DNA from: a virus
IMG/VR virus record: IMGVR_UViG_3300021400_001206
Location: 11,782-75,781 of that record
Strand: one strand, 5' to 3'
DNA length: 64,000 nt
Every line of letters begins with the position of its first letter. Positions within the stretch are counted from its first letter, which is position 1. Both the position numbers and the translations under genes were made by a program. This document shows, one piece after another, positions 36,700 to 43,914 of the stretch. The notes below the pieces were generated by a model. That model made no database searches and was not told the DNA's origin. It saw nothing but the letters and a program-made list of their open reading frames with translations.

Positions 36700-37260
36700 A
36701 GTTTTGAAAATGAGCGCGGCATGCAAGCGTCCGCTGGATAGACGCTTGCATGCCGGTTTGGCACTTTAACGCGTTAAAGCGTTATACTTTAGCGCGGTGA
36801 AGCGTGACACTGTAACGCGGTGAAGTCCCGATTTGCCCTTGATTTCAGCGCTTCACCGCGCTAAAGCGTTAACGCGTTACCACTGCACTGCGTTAAAGTG
36901 TAGCACTTCACCGCGGTGAAGTGATGAAATCGGGGGCAAAATTGTTTTTGGCTGTTTTTCGTGCGGCGTCGCGGTGACACTTCACCGCGTTAAAGCACGA
37001 CACTTCAATGCGTTAAAGCACGACACTCCACTACGGTGAAGTGCTAAAGAAGCCAGCACTTCACCGCGTTAAAGTGCTAAAGAAGCCAACACTTCAGCGC
37101 GTTGAAGTGCTAACACATCATCACTTTAACACGTTGAAGTGTAACGATGTAAAGTGATACAACATTAATACATTAATATGTTAATACATTAATACATTAA
37201 TGTGTTAATAAGATAACACTTTAATGCGTTAAAGTGATAAAGAACTAAAGTAAAAAAAAT
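36700..37260. repeat. iteron-like repeat array: long hairpin, ~15 degenerate CACTTCACCGCGTTAAAGYG / CGCGGTGAAG units in both orientations, then TTAATACA AT-rich tandem repeats
   Basis: Hairpin GGCATGCAAGCGTC-cgctggata-GACGCTTGCATGCC at ~36717-36753. AACGCGTT and CCGCGG palindromes. GC-rich island in an AT-rich context. AT-rich TTAATACATTAATATGTTAATACATTAATACATTAATGTGTTAATAAG at ~37170-37215. Confidence 0.7.
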
Positions 37261-37283
37261 AAAAAATTTTTTCAAAAAAATGC

Positions 37284-37312
37284 TTGACAAAAGACTAACT
37301 CAATAGTATAAT
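37284..37312 (+). promoter_or_regulatory. sigma70 consensus promoter TTGACA-N17-TATAAT (first cassette promoter)
   Basis: TTGACAaaagactaactcaatagTATAAT. Confidence 0.6.
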
Positions 37313-37369
37313 AATATCAAGAGATGAGGGAAGAAACCTCACAGACCAAAAGAAAAGGAGATTAAAACA

Positions 37370-37549
37370 ATGACGACAATGGAACTGAGAATCAAGGAAA
37401 TGGAACTGAGTGCAATGGTAGATGTAGCTTACAACAGATTGATGGAAAATCCAAAAACCGATTTATCTTGGATGGATGCAGATGCCAAGTACAGAAAAGC
37501 CTTTAAGGAGTGGTCAAAAATTGCGGATGAGGCGCTCAAGCGCATCTGA
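37370..37549 (+). CDS. cassette small protein (59 aa)
   Basis: ATG after AAAAGGAGATTAAAACA. Followed by terminator AGCTCAACTgaaaAGTTGAGCT+T-run. Confidence 0.5.
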   Translation: MTTMELRIKEMELSAMVDVAYNRLMENPKTDLSWMDADAKYRKAFKEWSKIADEALKRI

Positions 37550-37589
37550 GAAAAAAAAGCTCAACTGAAAAGTTGAGCTTTTATTATTT

Positions 37590-37660
37590 GGCTAACGTGA
37601 ACAGCCGTTCGGGCACCGAAAAATTATACCACACAGCGATGCAGTTTGTCAAGACTAAAT
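37590..37660 (-). ncRNA. promoter-plus-GC-hairpin element (copy 1): minus-strand TTGACA-N18-TGgTATAAT firing into hairpin GTGCCCGAACGGCTGTTCACG
   Basis: Reverse complement of ATTATACCACA-N10-TTTGTCAA gives consensus -10/-35. Transcript would begin in the GC hairpin and end at the upstream bidirectional terminator. Confidence 0.4.
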
Positions 37661-37781
37661 TATTCGTCAAATGTAACAAAAAGAAACACCTAAAATTGGG
37701 CAAAATTATTTACTAAAACCTATTGACAAAAGAGGGCAAGCATGATATGATAGTATCATCAAAAGAAAGGAGAACAAAGAC

Positions 37782-38087
37782 ATGACAAGCAACCACTACA
37801 GTTCAGACAGAAAAAAGAGAGAAGAACTTATTCAAATGATCGGTTTAGGAACACCAGTAAAAGAAGTTAGAGTAGACAGAGGACATCGCAACGGCGCTGA
37901 AATCCACGTTATCAGCACAACAGCAATCATCACAATCTACAATGAGAGAACACACAAAATGATAACAAAACTTATTGCAAGACCAGGTCAGATAAAAAGA
38001 TACTACAACGCAAATGAAACAATTCCAACAGACCTGCTGAGACTTGCAAAAGAACACACAAAAGCTGGATATAATGAAGTAAGATAA
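37782..38087 (+). CDS. cassette protein (101 aa)
   Basis: Own promoter TTGACAaaagagggcaagcatgaTATGAT, RBS AAAGGAGAACAAAGAC, terminator GGCGGAAACGCC+T-run. Confidence 0.55.
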   Translation: MTSNHYSSDRKKREELIQMIGLGTPVKEVRVDRGHRNGAEIHVISTTAIITIYNERTHKMITKLIARPGQIKRYYNANETIPTDLLRLAKEHTKAGYNEVR

Positions 38088-38109
38088 AGGCGGAAACGCC
38101 TTTATTTTT

Positions 38110-38200
38110 TATATAACCGACTGACCCGAACGGTCGTTCGGGGCCCGCAAAATTATACCACATATGAGTGCGGTTTGTCAAGACTAAATTATTCGTCAAA
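38110..38200 (-). ncRNA. promoter-plus-GC-hairpin element (copy 2)
   Basis: AAAATTATACCACATATGAGTGCGGTTTGTCAAGAC reverse-complements to TTGACA-N18-TGgTATAAT. Hairpin CCCGAACGGTCGTTCGGG. Confidence 0.4.
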
Positions 38201-38319
38201 TGTGACAAAAAACAAATCCTATTTTTATGCAATATTTTTAATATAATTTTTAAAAAACTATTGACACCAAAAACCTAACATGATATACTTATATCATCAA
38301 GAGAGAGGAGAACAAAAAA

Positions 38320-38469
38320 ATGACAAACTTCATCAACTACATCGTAGGAAAAGACATTAGAGACAAGGACGACAAAATCCTGCACTACGCAATCTTAGCA
38401 TGGACATTCGCTGGTTCAATTCTTGGTATCGTTGTTATGACAGCTGAGTGCCTTGGATATATCGCATAA
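38320..38469 (+). CDS. cassette small membrane protein (49 aa)
   Basis: MTNFINYIVGKDIRDKDDKILHYAILAWTFAGSILGIVVMTAECLGYIA. Promoter TTGACAccaaaaacctaacatgaTATACT. Confidence 0.45.
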   Translation: MTNFINYIVGKDIRDKDDKILHYAILAWTFAGSILGIVVMTAECLGYIA

Positions 38470-38485
38470 ATAAAAAAAAATAAAA

Positions 38486-38520
38486 AAGGGCTTGACAAAA
38501 GCCAAGCCCTTTGATATAAT
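38486..38520 (+). promoter_or_regulatory. terminator-promoter module: hairpin AGGGCTTGacaaaaGCCAAGCCCT contains the -35 TTGACA; TTTGATATAAT follows
   Basis: Spacer 17 nt, extended -10 TGaTATAAT. The hairpin terminates the upstream gene. Confidence 0.6.
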
Positions 38521-38550
38521 AAAATCATCAAAGGAAAGGAAATAAAAAAA

Positions 38551-38820
38551 ATGAAAAATATTTATTTTGAAAGAATCAATAATTTAGTCCTTGCTCTTAA
38601 TGATAATGAAGTCCCCTGCAATGTAGAAAATTGTTATGACGGTTACAAAGTAACTTTTCCTTGGTGCAAAGGTGATGTAATTGCTCATTCTGGAATGTAC
38701 AACAATGAAGATTATGGATATACGGTGGAGTCTTTCGGGTTCCCGTGGGATGGATGTGATGTTACAGTGCTCAGTGTAAGAGAAGCCGTTGAATTAATCA
38801 CTGACTTCTATGGGGCTTAA
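38551..38820 (+). CDS. cassette protein (89 aa), paralog of 42558-42827
   Basis: MKNIYFERINNLVLALNDNEVPCNVENCYDGYKVTFPWC. About 65% identical to MKNNYFETIADLVLALCDNGIPCNVEDLYDGYKVTFPWC. Confidence 0.6.
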   Translation: MKNIYFERINNLVLALNDNEVPCNVENCYDGYKVTFPWCKGDVIAHSGMYNNEDYGYTVESFGFPWDGCDVTVLSVREAVELITDFYGA

Positions 38821-38832
38821 AAAAATTAAAAA

Positions 38833-38867
38833 TGGGGGTTGACAAATTTCAACCCCCATGATATAAT
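38833..38867 (+). promoter_or_regulatory. terminator-promoter module (GGGGGTTGacaaatttCAACCCCC + ATGATATAAT)
   Basis: Same architecture as 38486. Confidence 0.6.
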
Positions 38868-38899
38868 AAGACCATAGAAAAGAAAAGGAGATTAAAAAA

Positions 38900-39136
38900 A
38901 TGACATTTGAAATGACACTTGGACTTATCGCTCTTGGCTCCGCAATTGCAATGTTTGGTCTTTTCTTCCTTAGCATTTGCTTCTCAGCAAAAAAGGCTGA
39001 AAAAGATTTAAAGGAAAACTTAGAACACATGGCTAAAATCGATGAAGTGTTTAAGGAAAAAGCGAAAAGAGAAGGCTACGGAAACAGACTTGAAAACTTA
39101 GAAAACTTTAATATAAGTGACATTTGGAATTGCTAA
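38900..39136 (+). CDS. cassette membrane protein (78 aa), paralog of 42236-42472
   Basis: MTFEMTLGLIALGSAIAMFGLFFLSICFSAKKAEKDLKENLEHMAKIDEVF, ~88% identical to its paralog. Confidence 0.6.
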   Translation: MTFEMTLGLIALGSAIAMFGLFFLSICFSAKKAEKDLKENLEHMAKIDEVFKEKAKREGYGNRLENLENFNISDIWNC

Positions 39137-39210
39137 AAAAAAATAAAAAAGGCTTGACAAAAGTCAAGCCTTTTGATATACTTATATCATCAAGAGAGAG
39201 GAGAACAAAA

Positions 39211-39411
39211 ATGATAGTTCATTACATGGTAACAAGCGGAGACTGGTGCATGGGAGCTCATTCAAGATATAATTCTTATGAAGAAGCTAAAAAAGAATAT
39301 GAAGTATGCAAAGAAAACAGTATCTATGGTTCATTAAAAAAGGTTACTATCAAAGGCTTTTTAAAGAAAAACATCTTTATCGAGGAAATCGAAAGTTTTT
39401 CAATTAAGTAA
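39211..39411 (+). CDS. cassette protein (66 aa)
   Basis: ATG at 39211 after GAGAGAGGAGAACAAAA. The track ORF 39124 start lies in the promoter module. Confidence 0.5.
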   Translation: MIVHYMVTSGDWCMGAHSRYNSYEEAKKEYEVCKENSIYGSLKKVTIKGFLKKNIFIEEIESFSIK

Positions 39412-39479
39412 CATAAAGGGTTGACAACTCCAACCCTTTATGTTACAATAAAATCATCAAAAGAAAGGAAATAAAAAAA

Positions 39480-39662
39480 ATGACAACATTTGTAGTATGG
39501 GTAATAGATTCTGCGGGACGGCACTGGGAAGAAGAAACTTTCACTATTTATGAAGCCGCTTATAATTTTGGAGCTCATCTGGCGGAAGACATGTGTGCTG
39601 AAGAAGATTGGTATATTGAACGCCGTGTTGATGGACAGTTTGATTGTTATATAGGTTTTTAA
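39480..39662 (+). CDS. cassette acidic protein (60 aa)
   Basis: Promoter module GGGTTGACAACTCCAACCC + TGTTACAAT. Terminator ACTGGCAAAACGCCAGT + T7. Confidence 0.55.
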   Translation: MTTFVVWVIDSAGRHWEEETFTIYEAAYNFGAHLAEDMCAEEDWYIERRVDGQFDCYIGF

Positions 39663-39689
39663 AAAAATAAGAAACTGGCAAAACGCCAG

Positions 39690-39760
39690 TTTTTTTGTTA
39701 CCCCGAACGGTCGTTCGGGGTCCGAAAAATTATACCACGCGCGTCAGCCATTTGTCAACA
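39690..39760 (-). ncRNA. promoter-plus-GC-hairpin element (copy 3); predicted ~75-nt transcript hairpin-A7-hairpin-U tract
   Basis: Reverse complement TTGACAAATGGCTGACGCGCGTGGTATAAT. Transcript GGACCCCGAACGACCGTTCGGGGTAACAAAAAAACTGGCGTTTTGCCAGTTTCTTATTTTTTT. Confidence 0.45.
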
Positions 39761-39890
39761 AAAAAATATCCGTCAAAATGCACAAAGATCTCATCCTGAA
39801 ATTGTGCAATATTTTTTATAAAAAATTATTGACAAATATATATAATAGAGTTATAATTATATCATCAAAAGAAGAAAGGAAATAAAAAAA

Positions 39891-40052
39891 ATGACAACAA
39901 TCAACAACCTTCCGGCATACGCAAGCAACTATGAATACATGGTAGTAAGACTGATTGACGGTGAGTACTGGTTCTATGGTGCATATAGCAACGGTAAACG
40001 TGCTGAGAGTGTCGCTCTTGAAATCGGTGGAGAAATCATTCACAATAAATAA
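39891..40052 (+). CDS. cassette small protein (53 aa)
   Basis: Promoter TTGACAaatatatataatagagtTATAAT. RBS AAGAAAGGAAATAAAAAAA. Confidence 0.5.
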   Translation: MTTINNLPAYASNYEYMVVRLIDGEYWFYGAYSNGKRAESVALEIGGEIIHNK

Positions 40053-40057
40053 AAAAA

Positions 40058-40092
40058 TAAAAATGGGGGTTGACAAACCTCAACCCCCATGA
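40058..40092 (+). promoter_or_regulatory. terminator-promoter module (GGGGGTTGACAAACCTCAACCCCC + ATGATATAAT) driving an ORF-less unit
   Basis: Consensus hexamers with 17-nt spacer. Confidence 0.6.
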
Positions 40093-40107
40093 TATAATAA
40101 AATCATC

Positions 40108-40200
40108 AAAAGAAAGGAAGCAACAAAACAGAATAGGGTGGGCGGACGAGCCAAGCGCCGGTTGCTCATCTGAAATGCAGAAAGCTTCTAAAAAAATAAA
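40108..40200 (+). ncRNA. ORF-less cassette: candidate small RNA A (homolog of 45425-45510)
   Basis: GGGTGGGCGGACGAGCCAAGCGCCGGTTGCTCATCTGAAATGCAGAAAGCTTC aligns with GGTGGTCGGCAGAGCCTAGCGCCTATCGGCTATCTGAACAACGGAAAGTCACTTC, with a compensatory GAGC/GCTC versus AGCC/GGCT pairing. Longest ORF is only 18 codons. Confidence 0.4.
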
Positions 40201-40269
40201 AAAAGTAGTTGACAAACTACAAAACATCTGATATAATAAGACCATAGAAAAGAAAGAGAGGAAAACAAA

Positions 40270-40374
40270 ATGAAGTATATGATGTTTGAGGAACTGGTCA
40301 AGATGGTAGCATACAACGAAATCACCGAAGCGGAAGCTGAGGAAATCGCTGAAGAGCTTCTCAAAGATTTCTAA
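40270..40374 (+). CDS. cassette micro-protein (34 aa), paralog of 41747-41854
   Basis: MKYMMFEELVKMVAYNEITEAEAEEIAEELLKDF versus MMKYMMFEMLVEMVAKNELTEAEAEAVAEELLLPY. Confidence 0.5.
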   Translation: MKYMMFEELVKMVAYNEITEAEAEEIAEELLKDF

Positions 40375-40456
40375 AAAAAATTAAAAAGAGGGGTTGACAA
40401 ACCTCAGCCCCTCTGATATAATAGAATCATAGAAAAGAGAAAGAGAGGGAAACAAA

Positions 40457-40645
40457 ATGAAAATTTGGATTGTAAAAGGACACGCATACGCAACAAAAGA
40501 ACTTGCTAAAGAAGCTTGTGCTTATGCTAATTACTGTGAAGAGATGTGCGGTGGTTATGGTCTTTATGAAGTAACTGAAGCCGAAATTGAAACAGAAGTA
40601 AAAGAGAGAGTGCCAGAAAAATACAGAAAAATATATTGTAAATAA
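40457..40645 (+). CDS. cassette protein (62 aa)
   Basis: Promoter module GAGGGGTTGACAAACCTCAGCCCCTC + TGATATAAT. Confidence 0.55.
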   Translation: MKIWIVKGHAYATKELAKEACAYANYCEEMCGGYGLYEVTEAEIETEVKERVPEKYRKIYCK

Positions 40646-40689
40646 AATTAAAAAAGGGGTTGACAAACCTCAACCCCTTTGATATAATA

Positions 40690-40850
40690 AAGACATAAGG
40701 TAAGGGCAGTCAGAGAGGCTGACAGCAACACAAGGTTCGATTCCTTCCCCTACTTCGAAGGGTGTTTTAAAGCAAGTTCACCCAGACGAGGCGAGTAAGT
40801 TCTAAACTAAGTCGAAAATCTCCCACTCATATCAAAAACTTCTAAAAAAT
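40690..40850 (+). ncRNA. ORF-less cassette with tRNA-like T-arm (CAAGGTTCGATTCCTTC) and hairpin GTCAGagaggCTGAC; candidate structured RNA
   Basis: GGTTCGATTCC is the canonical tRNA T-arm sequence. A full cloverleaf could not be built by eye, so it is called tRNA-like only. Confidence 0.3.
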
Positions 40851-41111
40851 AAAAATAAAAGGTTGACAAACTTCAACCTATCTGATATAATAAAATCATC
40901 AAGAGAGAGGAACATAAAAAATGAGAGACCCGCCGTAAAAATCAACAAACTAAAGAAATGCGCCAGAGCCTGGGGACATTAGGGCGCGATGAATGCAGGC
41001 ACGGTGAGCGGACAAGTTCCCATCCCTCACCAAAAAAAAATAAAAAAAATAGTTGACAAATTCAGCTCGGTTTGATATAATAGAATCATCAAGAGAGAGG
41101 AGAACAAAAAC

Positions 41112-41303
41112 ATGACAACAATCATCATCGCCGAAGGAATCACAGCAACCATGACAAACCGCAAGGTAGAGCAGTACCGCAAGGCTATGGCGGCTACTGA
41201 GGCAAGTCGAAGCGTCTGGTGGGATGAACACTTCGACTGGTCGGACTGGGAAGAGTTCTGGAATGACGAGTTTGAAGCTTGGGAGAGATTTGTCAACTCC
41301 TGA
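41112..41303 (+). CDS. cassette acidic Trp-rich protein (63 aa)
   Basis: Promoter module at ~41048-41085. Protein ends WDEHFDWSDWEEFWNDEFEAWERFVNS. Confidence 0.55.
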   Translation: MTTIIIAEGITATMTNRKVEQYRKAMAATEASRSVWWDEHFDWSDWEEFWNDEFEAWERFVNS

Positions 41304-41304
41304 G

Positions 41305-41365
41305 TTTCGGCGCGCCGTGGGCGCACGGGCTTCGCCCGTTCAACCATTATAGCATATCCTCAGGG
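41305..41365 (-). ncRNA. promoter-plus-GC-hairpin element (copy 4)
   Basis: Reverse complement TTGACAAAACCCTGAGGATATGCTATAAT then GGCGCGCC-containing hairpin region. Confidence 0.4.
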
Positions 41366-41700
41366 TTTTGTCAATAGGCAAATTGCACAAAGATTTAGCA
41401 TAAAAATTTCCCATTTTTGTGCAATTTGCCTATTGACAAATCAGTGCAGATGTGCTTCTCGTCAAACTGCACAAAAATAACGCCCAAAACCACCTCATTT
41501 TTGTGCAATATTTCTACTTGACTTTTTTGAAGTTGTGCAAACTACACAAAAGAAGCGCTCTATTATTGTGCAGTTTGCACAAAAAAATTTTTTGTCAATA
41601 GTAAAAATAAAAAATAGCAAAATATACAAAATTTTTATGATCCTTTTGTGCAAAATGTAAAACCGCATAAAAATTAAAAAAATCATTTGACAAGTCTCTA
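41340..41700. promoter_or_regulatory. noncoding hub dense in TGTGCA/TGCACA dyads, with a perfect 25-bp inverted repeat TTTGTCAATAGGCAAATTGCACAAA ... TTTGTGCAATTTGCCTATTGACAAA
   Basis: At least 8 copies of TTGTGCAA/TTGCACAA within ~360 bp, including TGTGCAgttTGCACA. No ORF. Confidence 0.6.
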
Positions 41701-41746
41701 AAAAAGTAGTATTATTATATCAGAAACAAGAGAGGAGAACAAAAAA

Positions 41747-41854
41747 ATGATGAAGTACATGATGTTTGAAATGCTTGTAGAAATGGTCGCAAAAAACGAA
41801 CTGACTGAGGCTGAGGCTGAGGCGGTCGCTGAAGAACTTCTTCTTCCCTACTAA
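41747..41854 (+). CDS. cassette micro-protein (35 aa), paralog of 40270-40374
   Basis: See paralog. Promoter TTGACAagtctctaaaaaagtagTATTAT. Confidence 0.45.
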   Translation: MMKYMMFEMLVEMVAKNELTEAEAEAVAEELLLPY

Positions 41855-41934
41855 AAAAAATAAAAAAAGGGGGTTGACAAACCTCAACCCCTATAGTATA
41901 ATAAAGACAGATCAAAAGAAAAGGAGATAAAAAA

Positions 41935-42156
41935 ATGACAAAGGATTTCTACTACAACGTAAATGGTACAGAGTTTCATGATACAGTAGCTTTTGGACAG
42001 GCTTGGAAAGAAGCTAAGGCACTTGCTAGAGAAGAGCATTGCGGGATTGAAAGAACTGTAGTTTGTGGGGAAAACATTAGATACGAATTCTATGCAAAGG
42101 GCGGAATTTTCGTAGGCAATGAATTTAAAGCCGACTGGGATATGGAAATTCTTTAA
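41935..42156 (+). CDS. cassette protein (73 aa)
   Basis: Promoter module GGGGGTTGACAAACCTCAACCCC + TAGTATAAT. Confidence 0.55.
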   Translation: MTKDFYYNVNGTEFHDTVAFGQAWKEAKALAREEHCGIERTVVCGENIRYEFYAKGGIFVGNEFKADWDMEIL

Positions 42157-42235
42157 AAAAATAAAATAGGGGGTTGACAAATTCAATCCCCTATAGTATA
42201 ATAAGACCATAGAAAAGAAAGAGAGGAAATAAAAA

Positions 42236-42472
42236 ATGACATTCGAAATGACACTTGGACTTATTGCTTTTGGTTCTGCGGTTGTGATGTTCGGTTTCTT
42301 CCTTCTTAGTATTTACTTTTCAGCAAAAAAAGCTGAAAAAGATTTAAAAGAAAATTTAGAACATATGGCAAAAATTAATGAGGTGTTTGAAGAGAAGGCA
42401 AGAAGAGAAGGCTACGGAAACAGACTTGAAAATTTAGAAAATTTTAATATAAGCGACCTTTGGAATTGCTAA
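42236..42472 (+). CDS. cassette membrane protein (78 aa), paralog of 38900-39136
   Basis: See paralog. Confidence 0.6.
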   Translation: MTFEMTLGLIAFGSAVVMFGFFLLSIYFSAKKAEKDLKENLEHMAKINEVFEEKARREGYGNRLENLENFNISDLWNC

Positions 42473-42557
42473 AAAAAAATTAAAATGGGGGTTGACAAAT
42501 CAACCCCCGACTGATATAATAAAATCATCAAGAGAGAAAAAGAAAGGAAATAAAAAA

Positions 42558-42827
42558 ATGAAAAATAACTATTTTGAGACAATTGCTGATTTAGTCCTTG
42601 CTCTTTGTGATAATGGAATCCCCTGCAATGTAGAAGATTTATATGATGGTTACAAGGTGACTTTCCCTTGGTGTTGCGGTGATGTGATTGCTCACTCTTA
42701 TATGCTTGGCAAGGGTAAGCACAGATACACGGTTGAATCTATGGGATTCCCGTGGGATGAGGACGATGTCACATTGCTCGATGTGCAGGAAGCTATTGAT
42801 TTAATCACCAAGTACTATAAAGAATAA
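42558..42827 (+). CDS. cassette protein (89 aa), paralog of 38551-38820
   Basis: Start at ATG 42558 after AAAGAAAGGAAATAAAAAA. The track ORF 42492 start lies inside the promoter. Confidence 0.55.
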   Translation: MKNNYFETIADLVLALCDNGIPCNVEDLYDGYKVTFPWCCGDVIAHSYMLGKGKHRYTVESMGFPWDEDDVTLLDVQEAIDLITKYYKE

Positions 42828-42839
42828 AAGGGGGTTTTA

Positions 42840-42925
42840 ACCCCCTTTTTTCGTCGCCGCCTGGGCGGCCGGGCGCAGCCCGTGGAACCATTATAACATA
42901 CCTTCCAGCTTTTGTCAATAGGCAA
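42840..42925 (-). ncRNA. promoter-plus-GC-hairpin element (copy 5)
   Basis: Reverse complement TTGACAAAAGCTGGAAGGTATGTTATAAT. Hairpin CGCCGCCTGGGCGGCCGGGCGCAGCCCG. Confidence 0.4.
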
Positions 42926-43035
42926 TTTGTACAAAAAATTAGCTGAAAAAATTCCCAAATTTGTGCAATATTTTACTTGACTTCCTATGTAGGCTATGCT
43001 ATACTAGTATCATCAAGAGAGAGGAGAACACAGAC

Positions 43036-43203
43036 ATGACAGAGGCAATCGCAATCTACAACAAGACAATCGAGAATTTTGAATATATGGTCGGTCATAG
43101 GGCAAATATTTCTGACCGAATGGACCTTTGGTTCCGTATCGTTGATAGACTGGCAAAGACGCCGGATGAATACAAGGCTATGATGGAAGCCTTCCCGAAT
43201 TAA
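43036..43203 (+). CDS. cassette protein (55 aa)
   Basis: Promoter TTGACTtcctatgtaggctatgcTATACT. ATG at 43036. Confidence 0.5.
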   Translation: MTEAIAIYNKTIENFEYMVGHRANISDRMDLWFRIVDRLAKTPDEYKAMMEAFPN

Positions 43204-43279
43204 AAAATTTAAAATGGGGGTTGACAAATCTCAACCCCTATAGTATAATTATATCATCAAGAGAAAGGAAGTTAAAACA

Positions 43280-43441
43280 ATGACAAGAATTCAGATTGAT
43301 GAAATAGAAAAACAGCTTAAAGATAAAAGACGTGCTTATAATAAGTGCCGGAGTTTTGCAAAAAGAATTAAATTGGATTATGAAATTGGAGTTCTGTATG
43401 AGCAACTGGCGGAACTTTATAAAAACCTTAAGGAAAATTAA
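43280..43441 (+). CDS. cassette protein (53 aa)
   Basis: Promoter module GGGGGTTGACAAATCTCAACCCC + TAGTATAAT. Confidence 0.5.
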   Translation: MTRIQIDEIEKQLKDKRRAYNKCRSFAKRIKLDYEIGVLYEQLAELYKNLKEN

Positions 43442-43458
43442 AAAGGGGGTAAATAAAA

Positions 43459-43644
43459 ATGTCTTTAATGAAATCAATCACAAGCGGAAAAGAACATAGA
43501 CGCCCCTATTCTGGAAGTAAAGCAATAGATAAAACATGCAGAAATCATGGCGGGTGCCCTTGGTGTGAGGAAAATCGAAAGTATAAATATTTAAAAACTT
43601 CTCAAAAAATGCTTGACAAAATGAAAGAAGCAGGCTATAATTAA
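43459..43644 (+). CDS. cassette Zn-binding-like protein (61 aa), co-transcribed with 43280 gene
   Basis: CRNHGGCPWC motif. Its 3' coding sequence (MLDKMKEAGYN) itself encodes TTGACA-N17-TATAAT for the next unit. Confidence 0.5.
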   Translation: MSLMKSITSGKEHRRPYSGSKAIDKTCRNHGGCPWCEENRKYKYLKTSQKMLDKMKEAGYN

Positions 43645-43679
43645 TACATAAGATAAAGAAAAGAGAGGAGAAACACATA

Positions 43680-43844
43680 ATGAGTAGATTTGACATGATG
43701 TTCGCAGTAGCCAAGCGGTGGGGATTTGAAGCTGAGATGACCATTTGGTTTTGCCGACTCGCTGAGCGTGAAGATGTAGATGACAGCGTTGTCACCCTGG
43801 CATTTGTAACAACTTTAAATACTCCAGTATGCGAAGCTAACTAA
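43680..43844 (+). CDS. cassette protein (54 aa)
   Basis: ATG after AAGAGAGGAGAAACACATA. Confidence 0.45.
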   Translation: MSRFDMMFAVAKRWGFEAEMTIWFCRLAEREDVDDSVVTLAFVTTLNTPVCEAN

Positions 43845-43914
43845 AACAAAAGGGGTTGACAAACCTCAACCCCTTTGATATAATAAATACAGAATAAAGG
43901 AAAGGAAAGAAAAA

